64,000 nucleotides of DNA, taken from Rhina ancylostomus. Taxonomy: Eukaryota. Within the stretch, counting starts at the first letter, position 1. Every line of letters begins with the position of its first letter. The translations under genes and the position numbers were made by a program. Below are positions 23,690 to 37,174 of the stretch, piece after piece. The stretch covers positions 3,897,290-3,961,289 of the forward strand of contig JARFYF010000036.1 in NCBI GenBank assembly GCA_030265395.1, given 5' to 3'. The notes below the pieces were generated by a model. It made no database searches, was not told the origin of the DNA, and saw nothing but the letters and a program-made list of their open reading frames with translations.

Positions 23690-24200
23690 CATGAAATACT
23701 TGGTTTGAAAAGAGAGAAGGTTGAAATAGAAGAACACACAGCTATATGGTACATAATGAGACACGGACACAGAAGTGAGTGACACTTTGAAATGGCATGG
23801 AACAATGCACATGGGAATGAGAGGCACATGGGATTGATGAAGAATTGGGAATGAGAAAAACTTAAGTAGCAGATGTAAGTGAGAGAGAAAGGGGCTGTGC
23901 AAGTGAGAGAGACTTGGGAATGAGAAACAGGCAGATAAGATAAGAAAGAGAAACAAGGGAAGAAGAGAGAAATGTAAATGAGAGCACACCTGGCAAAAGG
24001 AGAGGCATGGACAGAGACAAAAAAAGTGGCATGGAAGAGGGAAAGAAAAGCATAAGAAAGAAGAGGACTGGGTGGGAAAGTCACATGAGAAATAAAGGCA
24101 CAGTCACAGTGAAAGCAACAGAGAAAGGCACACAAAACAAAACAGAAACAAGTGACACAACAGTAGAGGGCACAGGTGAGCAGGATACATTAGGCAAAAA
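23690..24200. repeat. Purine-rich (A/G) low-complexity tract
   Basis: Strong A/G skew with gagagagaaa and gaaacagg-like units. Confidence 0.7.
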
Positions 24201-25400
24201 GTGATACTCTGATAAATGACATGAATTAAAAATTCTTTCTGTGGCATTTCTTCACGTTTATCTGACACCTAATCATTAAATGTGATTGGGCTTTGCACAT
24301 TTCTGTACATTTGAGTTGGATTGCAAAGTTATTCTGTGCATTTTATCAAACAGGCCTTACCTGGAGTGATAAAGCCTGCTTCAGTGAGTAACCAATTCTT
24401 GCAAGCCAGGGAGCAAGTTTACCTGCTCTGCTGACATGGAGTTTGAGGTGTCCACTATTTCACAGGTAGATCTCCTTTAAATATTTTCCTTGGTGCTTAC
24501 TCCCCCTCCAGCCCACACTGCTAATGTTCTTTTGGACCCCGCTAACTTGTTCTCCACCCTGTGAATGGATATTCCCTTCACCCAAAACCCACCATTTTGA
24601 TTGCGTGTTTGACCCTATAACTCACCAATGTACCATCCTTGCGAGCATTTTCTCTAATGTTACTCAAATCCCTCAAGGATCTCTATTTCCTCTAAATGCA
24701 CCCTGATCCTTACCAGCATATCCTCCATCAGTGCTCTCCCAACCCCATCTCTTTAGCACTCTGCAAGAAAGCTGTGTGCTTAAATATGCAAAATATATTC
24801 GGCACAATGCCTTGGGCATCATGACTAACAGAATTTCCCAGCCAGTGGAATCTTGCACAGAATTGTCATAGGCATTTGCTTGCCTCCCCACCATAACCCA
24901 CCATTTCTCTCCTTTCCACCTTTCCTGGTGCAGAAGAATGTCGCAGCCATTCAGACTTACACCCATCCAAAATTATGCTCCAGTGAGGCCAATGAAAAAT
25001 AAAATGGGGCATGGAGTAAAACGAGGGCCTGACTCAAATCTGTCCTCCAGATGGACAAGGTTATAATTGCTTAGCAGGCACAAGTGAAAAATAAAATGAG
25101 ATGAAGCAGCACAAACAAGAAGTGTCATTAATGAGAGGAAAAGAAAAACATGCGAGAGAACCTAACACGGAAGTGGTGAGAAAGACACAAGAGAAAAAAA
25201 CATACGGCAAACTAATTTTCTTGGAAGTAATAACCAAAATATTAAACTTTAAAGGTACATAACCATCTAAAAACAGCTACAGAAAATAACCAAACTCTGA
25301 TTTTAGTAGGATATTTATTAACCAACTGACCACAATGCACTGAAACACTTGCAATTAGCTCAGTATAATCAACTCTTGCAATAAATTATATCATACTCAC

Positions 25401-25585
25401 CCCCTAGAACCAAAGTAGCCATCCGTGTCAGGGAACGCAGAGCAGTACTGTCTGAAGTAACAGTTCAGTGGTGAGGCAAAGCACTCGAACGTCACACCAA
25501 ACTGTTTGTTCAGTGCTTCAAACACAGCTACTGGTAAAGCCCCTTGCAAGCCAGTACCTTCATGTGTTCCAAGACCAAACATGGA
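25401..25585 (-). CDS. PCIF1: PCIF1 coding exon, methyltransferase domain
   Basis: [61 protein letters not shown](G), with the hallmark ECFASPLN motif. Acceptor ttgtttcag, donor gtgagt, 185 nt. Confidence 0.98.
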
Positions 25586-27298
25586 CTGAAACAAAACAGA
25601 CATCCCAGTATAAGATCATTTCTTTACACACTGAATCATTAGCAAGAGCCTGCACTTGTTTAAAGATGATATGCTGTGGTAAATCATAGTTTTGAAAAAT
25701 ACTGCCGTGTAGCTGCAGGGAGAAACCACAGCAAACCAAACATCAGTCTTTGTTGTGAATGGATCCTGACCAAAATTCCAGCTCACCTGCTCCTGTTGTG
25801 TGATTTCTCTACTCAAAAGAATTTTAGAATTTTGGTCACTCTCAATCTTTGAAAAAAATTCTAATCTCTGTAAATAAGGATTTTGTTTCCAGCTAGAGTA
25901 GAATGGAAGTCTGGGGCAACTGTGCAGGGACTGGTTGGTTGGAAGAGGTAGCATGCTATAACAGAGGCTGCAGTCATTTCCCTAAAAATTCATTCACAGT
26001 CGGTAGCATGAAATATGCGAGATAGCTCTGTCAGCAAATTATACTCTGGCCTCTGTGATCGTTCCAATGACTTCAAGTGTTACCAAATGGAGATGATTTT
26101 CTAGGAAATTGTTTCTTTAAGAACTTTGCACTGAGATGTCGATTGGTGTTTTCTCTCTCTGTATAAATAGATCCTTATTCAGGGTACATCCAGTGCTCTT
26201 TTTGTTTTACGTTAAGAATATAAGAAAACAGCAGAGTAGGCCACTCAGCCTGTCAAATCTGTGCCACCATTCAGAATGGTCATGATGGATCTGCCCCAGG
26301 TCTGTGCCAGCTCCTTACAGACCTCAATTCCCCAATCTTTCAAAATTATATCTATTTCCTCTTCAAATATCAATCCACCCATTAACGAACACCAATGAGA
26401 CTCAAAATAACAATAGAACTTGAACACAAAAGAGCATCTATCTTTCCATTAGAGACTCAGAGTTATGCAATGCTAAAGCAGCCTTACTATCCACTGGGTT
26501 ACACAAGGCACTGGATGCAAGGCCTAGCTTAGATTAATGCTGCAGAAAGAGGAAAAGGGTTAAAGTGCTATTATCATCAAAATGCATGAGATGCTGAGAA
26601 AAATTCATAGAGGTCTATGAAGAGTGACAGTGTTCTGATTTGCATTTGGTTTAGAAATAGAAACAAATTGGGTATTGGTACCAGTGGCTCAGTTCCATAT
26701 GGGAACACTCTTGTAATGCTCAACATCCTGTTAATTAGCAGGCATGCAGGCTTCTGTGTGCTAATTGATTCCTCGTACCAAAATTGTATTTCATAATTAT
26801 GGTAGTTAGGGTTGCTCTTCAATGAGTGATTCGCCTGATGGGACTCGCATGGAGACCAGCTAGTTTTCACACTTTATACAGACTGACATTAGGTGAGGCA
26901 ATTGCACCAATAATCTGTGATACTTTTATACAAATTTCAAAATGAAGAGCTTGTGCCAGAACTAGTTCAAATAGGGTGAGTCATTAACTTGGACTGCATC
27001 AACAAAAAAAGGAAAAGCACCCTTTAGCTATGTACAAACAAATCAAGAGTAATGCTTGAAAAGAATACCTCAACACAAATGCTTAAATTTCTGGACAGTA
27101 TTTGGAGCTCTCATTAACAGCAGATTATTGTTAAATTCAAATTTGTCACTGATAATAAGAAGAGCAAGAAGCAACCCTGAAACTGAATTTGTGTTCTGTG
27201 AAAAGCACTTAGGATGCAGATGTAATAACTTGCCACTGAAACCACTGAGGGAAAAGACAACTGTGTTTCTTATTGAACTGATTGGGCTTACAGCTTAC

Positions 27299-27385
27299 CT
27301 GGTATCGCCTGAGTAAACACCAGACTCTTGCCAAGAACTTTTCAAACCGTGGGTCATCAATACAACTGTACCTATACAACTGTTC
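27299..27385 (-). CDS. PCIF1: PCIF1 coding exon (not in ORF track)
   Basis: [29 protein letters not shown]. Poly-T acceptor tttttag, donor gtaagc, 87 nt. Confidence 0.96.
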
Positions 27386-27989
27386 CTAAAAAAAAAACAA
27401 GATAAAACTCTTTCAAGGACCAACTCACTTTTTTGTCGACTTAGCTACAAGAATAAAACTGGCAAGGCTACACCAAGAAAACACGAGGTTGCAGACGCAA
27501 AACATTGACCGTTCCTCCTTCCACAGATGCTTTTGTTGAGCTTTTCTGCTTTTGTTTGAAATTTCCAGCATGTGCATTCCTTTTGATTTTCATGCACCCT
27601 ATTTGAAAGCACTGGAATGGCAGCCTTTTTTGATGTTTTCCACCGCTCTCCCCCGGATCAGATGGAAATATATCATGGAGATAGGAACAGAAGTACATAG
27701 CCCTGATTAACTGCTGAATTTGTCCAGAAGTATATATGTTCTCTGAACAGGTTTGTTACTACAGAGCATATTCATTTTTAACCTGGTAATGCTTCACTTA
27801 TGGTTTCTGACTCTATAGTATCTCATTAATGGTTTTTGATTGTCTATGGACCCTCATTGTTGATTTATGATTCTTCCTGTCATCTCATAATCGTTTCTGA
27901 CTTGTTAAGCTATGTACTTCTTGGTTCTTGACACTGTATGTGGTTTCATTGTTGGGTTTTGACACTCACAAGTCTTTTGCATTGGATGT

Positions 27990-28890
27990 GATAAAGAATG
28001 CAAGCAACTTCTTAGAAATATGGAAGACAGGGAAGAACTTGGGAAAATTACAATCACTAAGGAAGTGGTACTGAACAAACTGTTGGAATGGCAGGCTTCA
28101 AGGTTCTCAGGTCGTGACGGACATTATCTTAAGAGGAATGACTTGTGGAATTGTTAATGCGTTGGTTTTAATTTTCTAAAATTCCCCAGATTTGGGGAAT
28201 GCTCCATTAGATGGGAAAATAGCAAATGTAATCATTTTATTCAAAAAGGGAGACGGAAAGTAGGAAATTTCAGGTGAGTTAGCTTAACATCTACCACAGG
28301 GAAAGTATTTACCGCTATTATTAAAGATGTTTGCAGCAGAGCACTTAGATGTTCTGTGAAAGAGAAACCATATTTGACTAGTTTATTGGAGTTCTTGGAA
28401 GCAGTAACATACAGTATGCAGTATGGGGGAACTGGTGGCTGTACAATATTTATATTTCCAGAAAGCATTTGGCAAGGTGCTGCATCTAAGATAGCTGCAA
28501 AAAATAAAAGCTCATGGTAGGAGGTAACATATCGGCAGGGATAGGATCGCTGGCTATCAGGAAACCATGCGTAGGAATAAATGGGTCATTTTTCAGATTG
28601 GCATGATGTAATAAGAGGTATGTGACAGAATACTCAACCTTTTATAATCTATATAAAATGATTTAGGTAAAGGCACTTAAGGAAGGACTGCTAAATTCCC
28701 AAATGACACAAAGAGATGTAGGAAGTTGTATAAGTTGTAAAGAGAATGTAAGGAGGCTACAAAGGGATAGATTAAGCGAATGGGCAAAGATTTGGCAAAT
28801 GAAATATAACGTGGGAAAATGTGAAATTGTCCACTTTGGCAGGAAAAAAATAAAAAAGCGTATTACGTAAACAATGAATGACTGTAGGGC
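27990..28890 (+). mobile_element. Decayed CR1 ORF2 (RT region)
   Basis: gatgggaaaatagcaaatgtaatcattttattcaaaaagggag (DWxxANV..LFKKG), ttccagaaagcatttggcaaggtg (FQKAFDKV-like), tggcaaatgaaatataacgtgggaaaatgtg (WQMxYNVGKC). Confidence 0.8.
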
Positions 28891-29358
28891 TCTTAGATTT
28901 GGGCAGTTAAGCAATGCTTAGATTTTAAGATTTGCATCCTTGTTTACAAATTGCTTCATGACTTTGCTCCTCCCTATTTCTATGCTCCTCCAGTTTTATA
29001 ACATTTTACAAAATTATGGAAATTCAAGGCAGTGGCCATTCACTGCTCTGTGTCCATCATGGGTGAAATAGGAACATTCAGCCTTGCCCCACTTTTGAGT
29101 TCTTGGCCCACTTTCTTGTAGGTTACATAACTTCAAATGCATTTTCAAATATGTTTCAAATGCTTTAAGAGTTTCTGCCTTTACCAGCATTTCATCAGCT
29201 GAGTTCCAGACTCTTGCCACCAATTTCTCAACTTCCTACTAATTCTTCTCGCACTTATATGACAGAAGAACATCCCACATTACGATGCAAAGCAAAACCC
29301 ATTTCATACTCTNNNNNNNNNNGCCCTATATAACCAGACAAAAAAGTAAAAGACTCAC

Positions 29359-29531
29359 CAGTTTACTTAAGTAGTTGCGGCTGATCTTCCTAACTTCTCC
29401 TTTATAACGTACACAGGCAATATCATTCTCAAAGTGCATTTCAACACGTGGCAGTGGAATTGGAGGGTATGCGAGCCTTGAAGGGTAACAGTACACCAAC
29501 CTGTCCATTACCTCCGGCCTCTCCAACTCTT
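29359..29531 (-). CDS. PCIF1: PCIF1 coding exon
   Basis: ELERPEVMDRLVYCYPSRLAYPPIPLPRVEMHFENDIACVRYKGEVRKISRNYLSKL. Acceptor gtcccacag, donor gtgagt, 173 nt. Confidence 0.97.
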
Positions 29532-30229
29532 CTGTGGGACAGCAAACAGTACAAGTTCAGAAATTTGAGTCAGAAAGAAAACCTGAAATCTGAAGTTAAA
29601 CATAAATTGTACAAGTGATAAAGCAGACATGCAGTGGAGAATAAAATTATAAATCAAATATTTAAAAAGGAAAGAAGGAATAGTACATGTGAGGTGAGAG
29701 ATTTCAGAATGCCAATCTCCTGTTTAAAGGTGGCAAATAATAATATATGATTATAGAAATTAACTCCGTATTAAAATAAATAAATGGTAAACAGAATTAA
29801 GATTACACTTTTAAGGCATCCAGGTGCTTCTGCAAAGCCATTTTTGAAAATGTAAAACTTCACAGTATATTTTTAAATAGAGCTTTAGTTCATTTTTGTT
29901 TAGCAGAGCCCCTCAGGAGAGCAAGTCTGCCATCTCTACCTGATCTGACCACGTGCAACTCCACACACCAACGTGGTTGCTCTTAAATGGACTCTGAAAT
30001 GAACTAGCAGGCCACTTAGTTATAAGATTACTGCTGCTTTGAAACAGAGAAAGAAAAAAACTGGATGGATCACCTGACACTGACCAAGGCCACAAAGTGA
30101 CCACTGCAAAATTAGTGGAGACAAATTCCTGTCTTCACACCAAGTACCCAATCCATCATGTCGGGTGGCACCACAGTTGTGCTAAATGGGGACAGACTCA
30201 GATCAATTCAAAACTGAGTATCCATGAGG

Positions 30230-31085
30230 CACTGATGACCATCAGCAACAGCAGAAATGTGTTTCACCACAGTCTGTAACCTGTGGGGCAGAATATTCCT
30301 CATTTCACCATTGCCATCAAGCTAGGGGATCAACACCAGTTCAACAGAGTGCAGAAGGGCATGCCAGACCAGCACCAGGCCGACCTAAAACTGAGGTGTC
30401 AACTTAGTTGTTAGAACATCGGACTAGGTATGTGCGTAACAGCAATGACAGTATCCTACAGTCAGGGCTAACTACCCTCATAATCAATGGATTGAATGGA
30501 AGCTCTGAGGTCCTACCAATCTAGTCACGAAAGATGGTGATCAATTAAACAATTCGCGGGAGGGAGGGGATCCAAGGACATTTCTGTTCTCAGCAACAGC
30601 TGGGTCCAACACGAGTGTAAAAGACAAGGCTAGATCATTTCAAACTGTGTTCAGGCAGAAGTGCTGAGTGGATGATGCAGCTTGATTTCCTCCTGAGATC
30701 CTCACCATCACAGAAGCCAGACTTCAGCCAATTTAGTTCACTCCACATGATATTAAGAAATGGCTGAGAGCAATGGAAACAGCAATGGCCTTGGGACCAA
30801 ACCACAAGCTAATTATACCAATAACTACGTCTTTAGCTAAGCTGTTCCAGTACAGTTACCATATTGGTTGGCATATACCAGACAATGCAAGAGACTGTCC
30901 AGGTACATGCTGCTCACCTCACTCACATATACCCTGCCCAGTTTGGGTTTCTGGGCTCCTTCACTGCCTTGGTCCAAACATGCAACAAAGAGATGAATTC
31001 TAGAGGTGAGGTGAGAACAACTGCCCTTGACGTCAAGGCAGCATTTGGCATCAAGGAGCCATGGTAAAACTAAAGTCAGTGGGCA
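30230..31085 (+). mobile_element. Decayed non-LTR retrotransposon RT, clade uncertain
   Basis: AQFGF..TALVQTCNKEMNSRGEVRTTALDVKAAFG (cf. QFGF..LDIKAAFD); LAKLFQYSY. Confidence 0.7.
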
Positions 31086-31099
31086 CTCTAATGTTTGCC

Positions 31100-32185
31100 A
31101 CAATAGGAATAAATGGGTGTAATTAATTATCCATTAGAGACGTCATTGAAAAGTGGCCAAGACTGGAAATGAAATATTCCAGGAAACTTAGATAAAACAG
31201 GCAAAATGGAAAAAGAGGTGGGGTAGCTTTGATGGTACAGAATGGGATAAGAACAATCAAAAGGAAGGATCTTAGTCTAAAACATGAAGAAGTAGGATCA
31301 TTTTGGGTGGAGCTCAGAAACAGCAAGAGCCAAAAAACATTAGAGCAAATTGTACAGAGGTCACCAGCAGTCATGGTAATGCAAGGCACAGTATAAATAA
31401 GGAATCAGAGGTGCATGTAACGAGGGTATACAATATCTAGGGGACTTTATTCTAATATATAGGCTGAAAAAGTTAAATTAGCAGTTTAAGNNNNNNNNNN
31501 NNNNNNNNNNNNNNNNNNNNNNNNNNNNNNNNNNNNNNNTATGTTGAGGAAACAATAACAGAACAGGATATTTTAGATCTAGCATTGTAAAATGAGAATG
31601 AGGTAATTGATAATCTGATATTTAATGGGTCTTTAAGGGATCATGATCACAGCATGATCAAAGTTTTACATAAAAATTGAAAGTGATTTTGTTCAATTTA
31701 AATAACACAATTTGCTAAGGCGTGAGATTTGTTAAGCTGGATTGGGATACTTCATTACAATGTATGACAGTAAATTGAAAAATGTCTTAACATACATAAT
31801 TTACTTACAATCAGGCACAAAAACCCAAGAGGAGAAGTGGTTTAGCCGTTGCCATGAAGAGAAGTTAAAGACAGTATTAGATCAAAAGAAAAGTTGCCCA
31901 AAAACATAGTAAGCCTGAGGACTGGGAAAGCTTCAGAATTCAGCAAAGGAGGAACAAGGCATTGATAACAAAAAGGTGGAATATGTGGGTTAGCTAGCAG
32001 GAAATATAATAACAGACTATGAGACCTCCTACAGACATGGAAAAAGAAAACGGTTATAACGCGGATCTTTTATAGACTGAGACAGAAGACATTATATTGG
32101 GGAATAAGGAAATGGCAGAGAAATTAACCATATATTTTGTATCTGTCTTCATGGAAGACACAGAAAACCTCTGGTAAACAGTGGG
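31100..32185 (+). mobile_element. Decayed CR1 ORF2 (APE endonuclease and tether), spans a gap
   Basis: GKRGGVAL, SFWVELRNSK, ILDLAL and DHSMIK-like motifs; KEMAEKLTIYFVSVF. Confidence 0.75.
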
Positions 32186-32313
32186 GAGCTACATTTCTAG
32201 TGTGAAAAGGGAGCTCAAAGAATTTAGAACAGTAAAAGCTCTGTTATCCAGCATATGCTGCACTTGATAGATTAAATCCTTGCTATTAGCTTGCTCATGT
32301 CTGCGTAACTCAC

Positions 32314-32476
32314 CTGACATATTGCACTCTCGGAGTACTGCTAAATGCTTCTCTCGGACTCGCTTCACATATTCACCAGATATGTAATAGATCTTCCCAC
32401 AGATTGCTTCCACAGAATCTTTAGCCACTGCTGCCACGTGGGGTCCACATTGCTTCCGCAAATGTTCAAGCCTCTC
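32314..32476 (-). CDS. PCIF1: PCIF1 coding exon, helical domain
   Basis: ERLEHLRKQCGPHVAAVAKDSVEAICGKIYYISGEYVKRVREKHLAVLRECNMS(E). Acceptor ttgctacag, donor gtgagt, 163 nt. Confidence 0.97.
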
Positions 32477-33857
32477 CTGTAGCAAATAAAAGAGTCAGGA
32501 TTTTATCCAACAGATTAGATTGCAATATATTTCTACAAAGAAGCATTTGTAAATAGCATTTAAATAACCCACATTTCCATTCTCTAAGTTGCAGTGCCTC
32601 TATATTAGTGGTTTGAAATTTCTCAGTATGAAACTTCAACTTTTCGGTTCTACTCTTAACTAGTGTTCAGGACACTTTCTCAGAAACCGTGCCAGGAACA
32701 TGGCTAAGGCGTCACCCCTCTGCTGGCACTCCTGATCTCACCACTGCATGGCGTGAGTGAGCCACTGAGGCAACATGCAATAGCTTCCTTTGACGGCTTG
32801 AGTTGGGCACGCTGGGTCAGCAGAGCTCAGGGCTGCATACTGCCTAGCTTGGTGACAAGACATGTGACCTTACAAGGAGAGGGGAACATCTCATTGAATC
32901 CAATCCCTCCAGTATCCATTTGTAACTTTGAAGCCCAGACCTCATTAAACACAAAACCTCTACGATATTAATTCATCACAAAAGCCCATTCCATCATGGC
33001 CCTGACTCATCCATTCAACAAGTTCCAGTTATACCACAGTTTTTCCATTTTAACTCTTGCGCATCAACGGAATGTACAGTAATGAACTGAGATCATAATC
33101 ATTTGTGTCCTCAGATGTAGACTCCAGGGCATATATATGGGACAAATGACTGCAGACAACATATCGGTGTTGCATTAGTGAATGTTCATTGTAAATAGGC
33201 AGAGTAGGAAGGTCATGATATCAATCAATGTGCAATGTTATTTTGACTCCAGTGCTGCCATCTTGGAGATCAATGCTGCATTCTTAATTTTGAAGGATTC
33301 CCCCACTATCTAGACTGGCCATCAACTTATTGTAAAATCTGCTCACTATCTTCAGCCACTGCTACAACTGTTCCTGGGTTTTGTGCTGCCTATAAATGTT
33401 TCAAGCTGCAAGAGTTAGAAGGAATTGTGTGGAGAGCTCTGAAGAATGTTTTGTTGACTTCACAGTTTATGTCCATCTCTAGGGCTTTCCTTGCAATATA
33501 GCTTGACAGGTAGAATAAACAGAGAGCAAGAACACACTAGCTAAGATGGCAGGCTTCCCCATGACACTGGGTGGCTTTGACTACACGTAGATCACTTGGG
33601 CAGTGCACATCAACTGTGGCTAATATTGGAACTGAAAGGTATTCTATTCCACTCCTTCAATGCCCAGCTGGTTTGTAACACAGTGAATCATGCAGGTCAA
33701 CATCAGTACCTTAGCTGCTGGCCACTGTGTTAAACCCCACTGAGCAATGAGGAAAATCTAATGATAACTTTGATTGATGACACGTGTGCAACACATGCTC
33801 CCAAGAGCAGTATACATACAATGAAATTCATACAGCCATATACAAATAATAGAACAG

Positions 33858-34140
33858 GGCAGGCACAGTAGTGTAGCTGTTAGCGTGACGCTATTACAGC
33901 GCCAGCGACCCAGGTTCAATTCCGGCCACTGTCTGTCAGGAGTCTGTACGTTCTCCCTGTGCTTGCGTGGGTTTCCTCCAGGTGCTCTGGTTTTCTCCCA
34001 CATTTCAGAGACGTACGGGTTAGGAAGTTGTGGGCATGCTATGTTGGTGCCATGTGGCGACACTTGTGGGCTGCCCCAGAACACTCTACGCAAAAGATGT
34101 ATTTCACTATGTTTCAATATACATGTGACTAATAAAGATA
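33858..34140 (+). mobile_element. tRNA-derived V-SINE (HE1-like), tail type A
   Basis: A-box-like tagtgtagctgtt, B-box ggttcaattcc, V core gggtttcctccaggtgctctggtt..cccaca, tail atttcact..acatgtgactaataaa. Confidence 0.85.
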
Positions 34141-35898
34141 TCACGGTGGAAATGTAGTTGCGATACTTGGACAACTCCATAGGAGCCCTGAAATACATAG
34201 CAGAGTAAAGAACCATAGTTTCCACCAAAAACCCAGCAAACTGTTGTGGAGCTGGAGGTTGATGTGCCTTTATGCCTAGGCTGGCCATGAAGAATTTCAC
34301 ATGAGTAACCACATTCCTGATTTCTTCATTCACCAACAATCCTCTGCTTTGGCTTCCAGAAGGCACTGATTGTTACACAAATAAAAGCCATCATAAACAT
34401 TTCAAATCAAAATTTTAAATGAAATCTTGGCAACTGCTTGGATGTCAACTAATTGCCCTTTTGTATTTAGCTGGAGCCTCTGCTTATCTTAGTATATTCA
34501 TGCAGTACTACCAAAGTGGATACAGAATGGCTGGTGGAAGGCTACTGGCTTTCAGTGGAGGACATGGGAGATGGTCTTAGAAGTCAATTCTGAACATTGT
34601 GGCATGGCTGAGGTTGCAAAGGGAGTGTGTGCTTAGAGTATCTGTCTTTAGGCTTGGCACCTTTGCCTTTTGCATTCACAAACTGCACTCTGTGATTATT
34701 GATGTTAATAAAACCCATTTCTTCTCCTGTATGTTGCAAGATTGCAGTGTTTTAACATGATTGCCCTTTTCCTCTTTTGCAAGGCTATCTCATGTAAATG
34801 CAGAGCAACGACTATAATTGAAGCTGGATAGTTGTATCTAGACAGTGGTTTAGAGTGTGGCATGTTTATGGATTGCACACTGAGTTGTTAGGTGTTCCAC
34901 AGTCTGTTTCTTCTTGCTACAGTCACATATTGGAGATGATCTTAACTTCCATTTGTACATCAGTTGTTCACACATGCATTTGTGCAAATGCAATTCAGAG
35001 ATACCATTAGCCAATACAGGAGAACAAAACTAGGGATCCTCTGCATTGAGTCTATCACAATGTGCATATATGCAACCTCTTGCAAGTTCCTTTAGCTTCC
35101 CAAACTTCATTAAGGTCATAATGGCCTGCTTGTACACAGAAAAGGGTTTGCTGTGGCCAGCTCCTGGTGAATGGAAAATGCTTATTTTCCTCAGATCACT
35201 GGATTTTGTGAAGGTTGGTGGCATCCTGGTGTATGGATGGAGGAGGACTGAAGCTTGACTGCACAGGCAGCCAAGGTGCTACAGAGGGCATTGATTTTTC
35301 AGTGATGCATTGAATTACAGCATTGAGTTGAATATCATTGTAACCGTGGTTGCATCTGGCCCACGCCAGAACACAGTACTCAGCTCTTGAGTATGAAAGA
35401 GCTTTTGCTTATATCAACACTTTTGAGGAAGTACTCCCGATACAAATCACGTCTTGGACAGGGGATTTCACGACAGATACATTTTTTGAGGATAAGGTCA
35501 ATAGATTCTCTTGCCCTCTTCTACTATAACTGGGAGCCACACCCTAACGATCAGCCAACTTTGCCATTAGTGGTGCTACCATATCCATTTCCATGGAGCA
35601 GGCTCGATGGGCCGAATGGCTTTCTTCTGCTCCCTTATCTTGTGAGCTTGTGATATCACCTCTGTTGAGGGACAAAGAAGATCCCCCCATTCAGGGTACA
35701 TCCTGTTCTCTTGCTGCTGTTAGTGATTCTTTCAAGTGATGCTCAACATTTTTCATGCCCTTGTATGATTTCATGACACTTTCATGAACTACATTCAGTG
35801 TTGAGGATTCCCAAAGTCATTATTTCCTGACTGTATTCCACTCTGTCCATACCATTAGTGAATGTGTCTGGACTGATCTGCCTGATTTGACTGTTTAA

Positions 35899-36090
35899 TT
35901 ATTAGTAACATATACATTGAAACACACAGTGAAATGTATCTTTTTGCATTAACAACCAACACAATCTGAGGATGTGCTGGGGTCAGCCCACCAGAGTTGC
36001 CACACTTCTGGTGCCTACATAGTACGCCCATAACTTTCTAACCTGAACGTCTGTTGGAATGTGGGAGGTCACCCAGGCAGTCACGGGGAG
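35899..36090 (-). mobile_element. V-SINE partial copy, tail type A
   Basis: Reverse complement of the tail and part of the core: ttattagtaacatatacattgaaacacacagtgaaatg..gaatgtgggagg. Confidence 0.75.
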
Positions 36091-36794
36091 ACTAAGGGAT
36101 AGCTCTTCCAACTTTGCTAAGTCTGGAGATGTTGGTGAAGAGGATTATGCAAGAGAGATTGTCATATATCATTGCATACCTCATATCAGATCCCAGATGT
36201 TCCACCCTATCTTATTGTTATTGTACTTTGTCAGAGAAGTTAGGTCAAACTAAATGGTTTTCTAGACATTTTTAAAGATCAGTTAAGAGACAACTACACT
36301 GCTGTGGATCTGGAGTTATGAAGTAACTCATTGTGAATCTGCTCCTGCTGATTGGAAAAGGAATTTTCTGTCCCTACCAAAGGGGCATTAGAAAACCAGA
36401 GAGGATTTTACAATTACCCAGTACTTCCATCGTCATTACTATTTTGGGTTTCATTTAATTCATTTGAAATCTTTATTCGCTATGCTGAGATTTAAATTCC
36501 TATCTCCTACCCCGGCTCAATACTCCAGTGTTATAACCACAGTGCTGCTGTATTCTTATTGTCTAACTGTCCTGTCACCTCATTAATCTGTTCCTCCATG
36601 ACTCATATTCCCCCTAGTTTGGCCCTCATTCCCCCACTGGCAAACCTCTAAGGATCCACTTCTTTCACTAATGCTCACTATTTCAGGACTGTCATTACCC
36701 CTGACCTAAGTTGTCATATTAATATCCATCCCCTTACCAAGCTATTATTGCACTGTTTTGTAATCTTCCTTTTAACTTTTAGTTTTTCCCTTAC

Positions 36795-36894
36795 CATATA
36801 ATCTTCTTTTGTAGCAGATGGCTCCTTTCGTAGCCAGTTGAAAGTATCTTCAACGTTCCATTTCACAGTTTTCCTGATATCTGGTGTAGCATTC
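36795..36894 (-). CDS. PCIF1: PCIF1 coding exon, helical domain
   Basis: [33 protein letters not shown]. Acceptor cttccccag, donor gtaagg, 100 nt. Confidence 0.97.
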
Positions 36895-37174
36895 CTGGGG
36901 AAGCAGCATAAAGTGAGCAGGACAAAATGGATCCTCAGATCGTTACACACAACAGGCAAAAAGAGTCAAGATCCTTCTCACAGCCTGAAATACACGGACA
37001 CGAACTGTAAGTATCTATGGTCACTCCAGCCAGAGACCCAAAGGAGTCTGGGAAAAATTCCAATAAACCTAAAACAAAAATAATTTATTTTCTAATCACC
37101 CTGTTGTCTGACATACACTGAAATTCCCACATTAGGTCTGAAACCTTTTCAGTTCTTGCTTAACAGACCATATA

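Noticed and set aside
23597-24204. Hydrophobic F/L/S-rich ORFs as membrane proteins
   Set aside because: Produced by the purine/pyrimidine-skewed low-complexity tract.
33758-34366. Recurrent peptide HLLRRVFWGxP across several ORFs as a small gene family
   Set aside because: Translations of V-SINE copies.
35040-35260. Possible third Harbinger fragment
   Set aside because: The similarity (LSQ..FIKVIMACLY..GGI) is too weak to support without a profile search.
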